IMG/VR virus record: IMGVR_UViG_3300009152_000029
Source of the DNA: an uncultured virus (IMG/VR IMGVR_UViG_3300009152_000029)
Lineage: Duplodnaviria; Heunggongvirae; Uroviricota; Caudoviricetes
Direction: 5' to 3' (one strand)
DNA: 20,000 nucleotides
Positions 16,001 to 20,000 of the stretch are shown here, piece after piece. A model generated the notes under the pieces. The model did no database searches, was not told where the DNA came from, and worked only from the letters and a program-made list of their open reading frames with translations. How positions within the stretch are numbered: the first letter of the stretch is position 1; every line of letters begins with the position of its first letter. The translations under genes and the position numbers were made by a program.

Positions 16001-16150
16001 ATGAAGAACTTGTATGCTAAGAAGTGCTGTTGGTGCAAAGTAGTGGTTCAGCCAGGTCAAGGTAAGTGCTGGAGCTACAATGATAAATGGTGGGTTGGAT
16101 GCCAGAGTTGTTTGGATGATAAGTTCAAAGATGAAGACAAGGAGGCTTAG
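16001..16150 (+). CDS. small CxxC..CxxC zinc-finger-like protein
   Basis: TTGACA(15956)-N17-TATATT, SD GGAGG, CCWC...CQSC. Confidence 0.75.
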   Translation: MKNLYAKKCCWCKVVVQPGQGKCWSYNDKWWVGCQSCLDDKFKDEDKEA

Positions 16151-16178
16151 GCCTCCTATTTTTTTGACATTTTACTTA

Positions 16179-16200
16179 AGGCACGGTATTTACCGTGCCT
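16179..16200. repeat. dispersed palindrome copy 15
   Basis: AGGCACGGT-ATTT-ACCGTGCCT with perfect TTGACA/TGTCAA at 9 bp on both sides. Confidence 0.9.
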
Positions 16201-16278
16201 ATAAATTTTTGTCAAATATATTTTTTAAATTTGCATCTTATATAATTTGTGTTATACTATTGGTGTAAGGAGTTTGAT

Positions 16279-16611
16279 ATGAGAGATTTTATGACCCTTG
16301 GACCAGTTCCATTTGAAGAAGAATGCATCCAAGTTAGCCCAGAAGTTGACTACACTGAAATGCGTAATGAAGTTTTCAAGTTTGTCAACCTTTTAAAAGA
16401 ACGGTTTGTTAACATCCCTGAAAACGCTTATTTTGGTATCAAGCGTGAAAGCCATGACTTCGGTACTTACTTTGAAGCGGCTGTTTATTGGGATACTGAA
16501 GACACTGATTCCCAAACGTTTGCATTCTTTGTAGAATCAAACTTACCAGCACATTGGAGTGACGATGCAAAAATTGACTGGTCAGCTGAATATGTAACTG
16601 CTGGCGAATAA
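16279..16611 (+). CDS. hypothetical protein (HDFGTY motif)
   Basis: TTGCAT(16231)-N16-TATACT, SD AAGGAG. Confidence 0.85.
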   Translation: MRDFMTLGPVPFEEECIQVSPEVDYTEMRNEVFKFVNLLKERFVNIPENAYFGIKRESHDFGTYFEAAVYWDTEDTDSQTFAFFVESNLPAHWSDDAKIDWSAEYVTAGE

Positions 16612-16650
16612 ACTAAAAGAATCCCAAGAAAAATCTTGGGATTTATCTTT

Positions 16651-16671
16651 AGTTATGGTATTACCATAACT
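16651..16671. repeat. dispersed palindrome copy 16
   Basis: AGTTATGGT-ATT-ACCATAACT after TCCCAAGA terminator 16620-16643. Confidence 0.85.
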
Positions 16672-16764
16672 TCAAAATTTTATCAAAAAAAATTTTTACT
16701 CAAAATTAATCATATGTACGATGTGATATACTACAGGATGTAACAACAACAGAAAGGTTTCTCT

Positions 16765-17046
16765 ATGAAAAAAATTCTTTTTAACACCAACTATACCAAC
16801 TATACCAATGAAGAGGTAAATATTATTCAAGACACATTGAAGAAAAAAAGTGTTATAATGACTAAATTTACACAGGTAGAAATTGCAGAGATGATGGGAG
16901 TCAAACAGCCACAAGTAAGTAACTGGCTTAATGGTAAGAGAATTCCTACAGCATCTAATTTAGTTAAGTTAGCAGATATATTAGAAGAATACCCTGAAGA
17001 ATTATTAAATAAATTAGAAGTTATTAAGCAAGAGAATAATTTTTGA
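16765..17046 (+). CDS. XRE/Cro-C1 family HTH transcriptional regulator
   Basis: TQVEIAEMMGVKQPQVSNWLNGKRIPTASNLVKLADIL. Confidence 0.88.
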   Translation: MKKILFNTNYTNYTNEEVNIIQDTLKKKSVIMTKFTQVEIAEMMGVKQPQVSNWLNGKRIPTASNLVKLADILEEYPEELLNKLEVIKQENNF

Positions 17047-17115
17047 ATAATGCCCCAGTAAAAATGGGGCAAAAATTCTTATTGACAAGTATATGATAGA
17101 TGATATACTTACTCT

Positions 17116-17337
17116 ATGAAACTTGAACAGGTATTGCCAATGCTCCGTGATGGTAAGACTATCACAAGAAGCAAAAAGTGGAATCCTAATTCTACTAATG
17201 TTATCTTGGTAAAACTAGAAGAATCAGAACTTAAATTTAAATGTGTTTGGTCTACTGGTGAAGAAATGAGTTTTTGGGCTTGTTATACTTTAAAGACTGA
17301 AGATGTATTGGCAGAAGATTGGGAGGTAGCAGGATGA
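17116..17337 (+). CDS. DUF2829/Tad2-like protein (leaderless)
   Basis: L..GK.ITR..WN N-terminus and DVLAEDWEV C-terminus; TTGACA(17082)-N16-TATACT-N6-ATG. Confidence 0.7.
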   Translation: MKLEQVLPMLRDGKTITRSKKWNPNSTNVILVKLEESELKFKCVWSTGEEMSFWACYTLKTEDVLAEDWEVAG

Positions 17338-17654
17338 CAGAAGAGATTATTAATAGAACAATACAGGTTTTTCTTTACACTGGTGGCATTGTTGCTTTTT
17401 GGCAGATTACAAAGCATATGCCTAAAGCACTATATACATTGCTTGAGTGTATAACAGTTATGACGTGTAGCGTTTTGTTGCTCACGCCATTTTCTATGAT
17501 TATTGAATACATCTTGGGTGGCAACATTGACACCACAATGATGTTTGTAGCAGGTCTTGCTACAGTTAGTTTGTTGTCTACTATGTGGATGGTTATGGTA
17601 CAATCATCAAGAGAGTTACAAGGAAAGAAGCAATACAAATATGTTGTTCTCTAA
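17334..17654 (+). CDS. membrane protein (about 3 TM segments)
   Basis: Hydrophobic stretches; ATGA overlap, SD GGAGG. Confidence 0.75.
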   Translation: MTEEIINRTIQVFLYTGGIVAFWQITKHMPKALYTLLECITVMTCSVLLLTPFSMIIEYILGGNIDTTMMFVAGLATVSLLSTMWMVMVQSSRELQGKKQYKYVVL

Positions 17655-17985
17655 GAACGGTTTTAAGAGCGTTGACACTACCGAAGAGTTTGTAAAGCAA
17701 GCGATAGAATTTGGTCAAAAAGACATAGTCTTAAGTGTAGCACATGGCAATGGTGTTATTGATATAGTCATAAGTCCAACAATGGATGCTATAGAAGCAG
17801 ATGTATACCATTTTCTCAATGATGACACAGAATTGAAATATTCTATGCCAATCAAAACCCTCACTGATAATAACATATCATCTTTGGCTTTGACTAGTGC
17901 AATTCATGCATACTTGTCTGAAGCGTTCAAAGTAGCTGAAATGTTCCGAAGCACTACCAGACAAAGCACTGACTACGCAAAGTAA
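17641..17985 (+). CDS. hypothetical protein
   Basis: Part of ORF 17557..17985 from ATG 17641; terminator 17992-18016. Confidence 0.7.
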   Translation: MLFSKNGFKSVDTTEEFVKQAIEFGQKDIVLSVAHGNGVIDIVISPTMDAIEADVYHFLNDDTELKYSMPIKTLTDNNISSLALTSAIHAYLSEAFKVAEMFRSTTRQSTDYAK

Positions 17986-18032
17986 AAAAAGTTCCCCAGA
18001 AATGGGGAATTTTTTTATTGTGAACTATCTTA

Positions 18033-18054
18033 AGGTACGGTAAATACCGTACCT
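18033..18054. repeat. dispersed palindrome copy 17
   Basis: AGGTACGGT-AAAT-ACCGTACCT. Confidence 0.9.
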
Positions 18055-18131
18055 ATAAAATTTTGTCAAATATTTAAAATATATTGCACAATATATACAG
18101 CCTGATATAATCATAGTGTAAGGAGTTAGTT

Positions 18132-18509
18132 ATGAACATTGTAGCATTGGTAAACATTGAGCGTATTCTTGAAGAAGTACGCAACAACATCAGAGGCTTT
18201 TATATTTCTATAGAGGGTGATATCAAGGAACGTGAATTTGACAAAGTTATAGATGGCAACCAGTACTTTGATATTGACAAAATCAAGTCAGATGCTAACT
18301 ACGATTACTTTGAAATCGCATACACAGGTGATGAATCCGTGATTTTCATTTGTGATGAAGAAGGACAGCTTAAAACAAAGTTCAAGGATGATGTAGAGAT
18401 TGGTAACTATAACATGATAGCAAGTGCAATTTACCAAAAACTTTGTAAGAGAGATAATGTGCATTTGTTTGGTGATGTTGTAATTTGCCATACATCAAGG
18501 GTTTATTAA
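18132..18509 (+). CDS. DUF3846-like phage protein
   Basis: ICDEEGQLK...N..AS...LFGDVVI motif; TTGCAC(18084)-N16-TATAAT, SD AAGGAG. Confidence 0.7.
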   Translation: MNIVALVNIERILEEVRNNIRGFYISIEGDIKEREFDKVIDGNQYFDIDKIKSDANYDYFEIAYTGDESVIFICDEEGQLKTKFKDDVEIGNYNMIASAIYQKLCKRDNVHLFGDVVICHTSRVY

Positions 18510-18578
18510 CGTATAATAAACTTGGGCTTGCATTACTTCCAAAAAAAACCTCAGGAATTTTTCTTGAGGTTTTTTTAT

Positions 18579-18600
18579 AGGAATGGTAAATACCATTCCT
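18579..18600. repeat. dispersed palindrome copy 18
   Basis: AGGAATGGT-AAAT-ACCATTCCT between convergent genes. Confidence 0.9.
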
Positions 18601-18653
18601 TACGAATATTGTTAAATAAAAATATCCCTTGACTTTTGTCAAGGGATATGATA

Positions 18654-18857
18654 TCACCATTCGATATCGCCTCCACCGTAGTCTTCATCAGTTCCCCAGC
18701 CTGCTGATGCCAAAGCGTTTGCATCAGCCCATTGGTCATCACAATCTGGTTCATTGTCGAACTGTTCATCCAGTTCCTCATCCGTCATATAATCCATTGG
18801 GTCAACATCAACGCTAGGAAAAATTCTTGCTTCCAACTCCGCTTCAATATAATCCAT
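18654..18857 (-). CDS. small, highly acidic protein
   Basis: Minus-strand TTGACA(18908)-N17-TATACT, SD AAGGAG; ALASAGWGTDEDYG motif. Confidence 0.8.
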   Translation of the reverse strand: MDYIEAELEARIFPSVDVDPMDYMTDEELDEQFDNEPDCDDQWADANALASAGWGTDEDYGGGDIEW

Positions 18858-18965
18858 TGTTCTAACTCCTTACTGCTTAAGTATAACACTTATTATATAG
18901 GGTGTCAAGAACTATTTTTAAAAGATATATCTTGCATCCTATACACAAGATGATATACTATTGCT

Positions 18966-19166
18966 ATGAACACTACAGACAAGGTAATCGTAAAATTCAA
19001 GAGCCGTGTGCCAAAGATGCTCTACACTGCACACTACAATGGAATCCTTCTTGCATCAGGACGTGACCCAATCGACTTGGGCGAGTACTATGCATCCAAG
19101 TACTGCACAGAATGGATTCTGTGCGATGGCAATAACTTTTACACGCAAAGAGGAGTTAATAAGTAA
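18966..19166 (+). CDS. hypothetical protein (leaderless)
   Basis: TTGCAT(18932)-N16-TATACT-N6-ATG. Confidence 0.75.
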   Translation: MNTTDKVIVKFKSRVPKMLYTAHYNGILLASGRDPIDLGEYYASKYCTEWILCDGNNFYTQRGVNK

Positions 19167-19405
19167 TGGCGCATTATTACTTGAACAATGGTGGTACACG
19201 TTGGGTAACTGACAGCAAGATTCAAGTCGTTGGAATTCATAATGGTAAACGATACAGCAAGATGCGCAAACCATTATTCTGGGAACAATTTGGAAACTTT
19301 GTACGTTGTTATGTTCGTGTTGGCGATAATGTTTACCGTGGTGCTACCGAAGACAACAATGGTGTGATAGAATTAAGACTAGACAAGAGTTACAGACTTA
19401 AATGA
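19166..19405 (+). CDS. hypothetical protein
   Basis: TAATG coupling, SD AGGAG. Confidence 0.75.
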   Translation: MAHYYLNNGGTRWVTDSKIQVVGIHNGKRYSKMRKPLFWEQFGNFVRCYVRVGDNVYRGATEDNNGVIELRLDKSYRLK

Positions 19406-19620
19406 ACAATTACAGGCAAAAGGCTCTCTCTCTTTGGTCGGCTTTGCTGGCTGAAGAGAGATGGCATAAGTTTGAAAGCACCAATTGTAAACCATCATGT
19501 AAAGGGTGGAATGGTTGGGCACCTTATTGCGAGTGTTTTGAGAATTTTTGCACATTCGTTCCTCAAGGTGATATTGAAGATATGGAATTGGTTATTAAAA
19601 CAAGACCATTAACTTTCTGA
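19402..19620 (+). CDS. hypothetical Cys-rich protein
   Basis: ATGA coupling; C..SC.GW.G...CEC motif. Confidence 0.7.
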   Translation: MNNYRQKALSLWSALLAEERWHKFESTNCKPSCKGWNGWAPYCECFENFCTFVPQGDIEDMELVIKTRPLTF

Positions 19621-19655
19621 AAAGATTGCAAGATTTTTTTCTTGCAAATTTTTTC

Positions 19656-19676
19656 AGTTATGGTTATACCATAACT
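19656..19676. repeat. dispersed palindrome copy 19
   Basis: AGTTATGGT-TAT-ACCATAACT between two terminators of convergent genes. Confidence 0.85.
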
Positions 19677-19680
19677 AAAG

Positions 19681-19711
19681 ATAAATCCCAAGAATTTTTC
19701 TTGGGATTTAT
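19681..19711. terminator. TCCCAAGA-family terminator
   Basis: ATAAATCCCAAGAA/TTCTTGGGATTTAT. Confidence 0.75.
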
Positions 19712-19714
19712 TTA

Positions 19715-19984
19715 TTACGCTTCGATGTTTACATACTTAATGCGAACATCAACTGAAAGATTGTAATCTCTCAATGCTTCCATCACAACATCTTTCTCAT
19801 AGATGTCTTCACAATCAGTAATGAAGGTCTTAAGATATGAAAGGAATGTTCCACGGCTTACCAAGGTGAATGTAGTGCGGATATCACCATATGTGAACTT
19901 GCTAAGGAACTCGTCTGATTCACCATGACCAAGTTCCATTCCATCAAAAAATTCCGTTGCGTTTACAAAGTCTACTGTTTCCAT
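19715..19984 (-). CDS. hypothetical protein
   Basis: 89 aa ORF, SD GAGGT. Confidence 0.75.
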   Translation of the reverse strand: METVDFVNATEFFDGMELGHGESDEFLSKFTYGDIRTTFTLVSRGTFLSYLKTFITDCEDIYEKDVVMEALRDYNLSVDVRIKYVNIEA

Positions 19985-20000
19985 TACTTTACCTCTTCTA

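Noticed and set aside
16786..16808. Short tandem repeat ACCAACTAT in the XRE gene
   Set aside because: About 2.5 units, in-frame (TNY); probably simple slippage.
733..19274. Short antisense/alternate-frame ORFs overlapping longer genes or tRNAs (e.g. 733-948, 1509-1721, 9057-9254, 11913-12245, 17375-17638)
   Set aside because: No promoter or SD support; they shadow better-supported features.
564..19676. CRISPR array interpretation of the repeated palindrome
   Set aside because: Copies are 0.5-3 kb apart, separated by whole genes and variable in sequence; no cas genes seen.
564..19676. Classical integron attC array
   Set aside because: No consistent RYYYAAC/GTTRRRY boxes or extrahelical bases, the element is too short, cassettes carry their own promoters in both orientations, and no intI is visible.
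1..20000. Stop-codon reassignment
   Set aside because: Genes ending in TAG, TGA and TAA are each followed by terminators or coupled starts; known-family proteins are intact in code 11; no suppressor tRNA.

Overview
AT-rich window from a large lytic phage (jumbo/T4-superfamily-like; inference). It starts in the 3' end of an rIIB-like gene and continues as a dense accessory/early region of short, independently transcribed units, each typically sigma70-type promoter -> 1-3 small ORFs -> intrinsic terminator. Recognisable genes: beta-class N6/N4 DNA methyltransferase plus IceA1/NlaIII-family HNH endonuclease (Type II R-M pair), MORC-like GHKL ATPase, two integrase-repeat-domain proteins, TPR-like protein, XRE HTH regulator, DUF2829/Tad2-like protein, DUF3846-like protein, an ArfA-like basic peptide, and 4 tRNAs (Leu-TAA, Lys-TTT, Ile2/Met-CAT, Ser-TGA). 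The most striking unexplained structure is a dispersed intergenic element in 19 copies (~1 per kb): a 21-22 bp palindrome (AGGAATGGT-N3/4-ACCATTCCT) whose arms co-vary between copies, usually flanked at a fixed 9 bp by inward-facing -35-like hexamers, and always downstream of a gene end. Also seen: a stand-alone ~270 nt highly structured ncRNA candidate with a tRNA-like 3' domain, two smaller tRNA-cluster RNA candidates, many leaderless genes and near-absence of GATC. All family assignments come from recalled motifs, not database searches.
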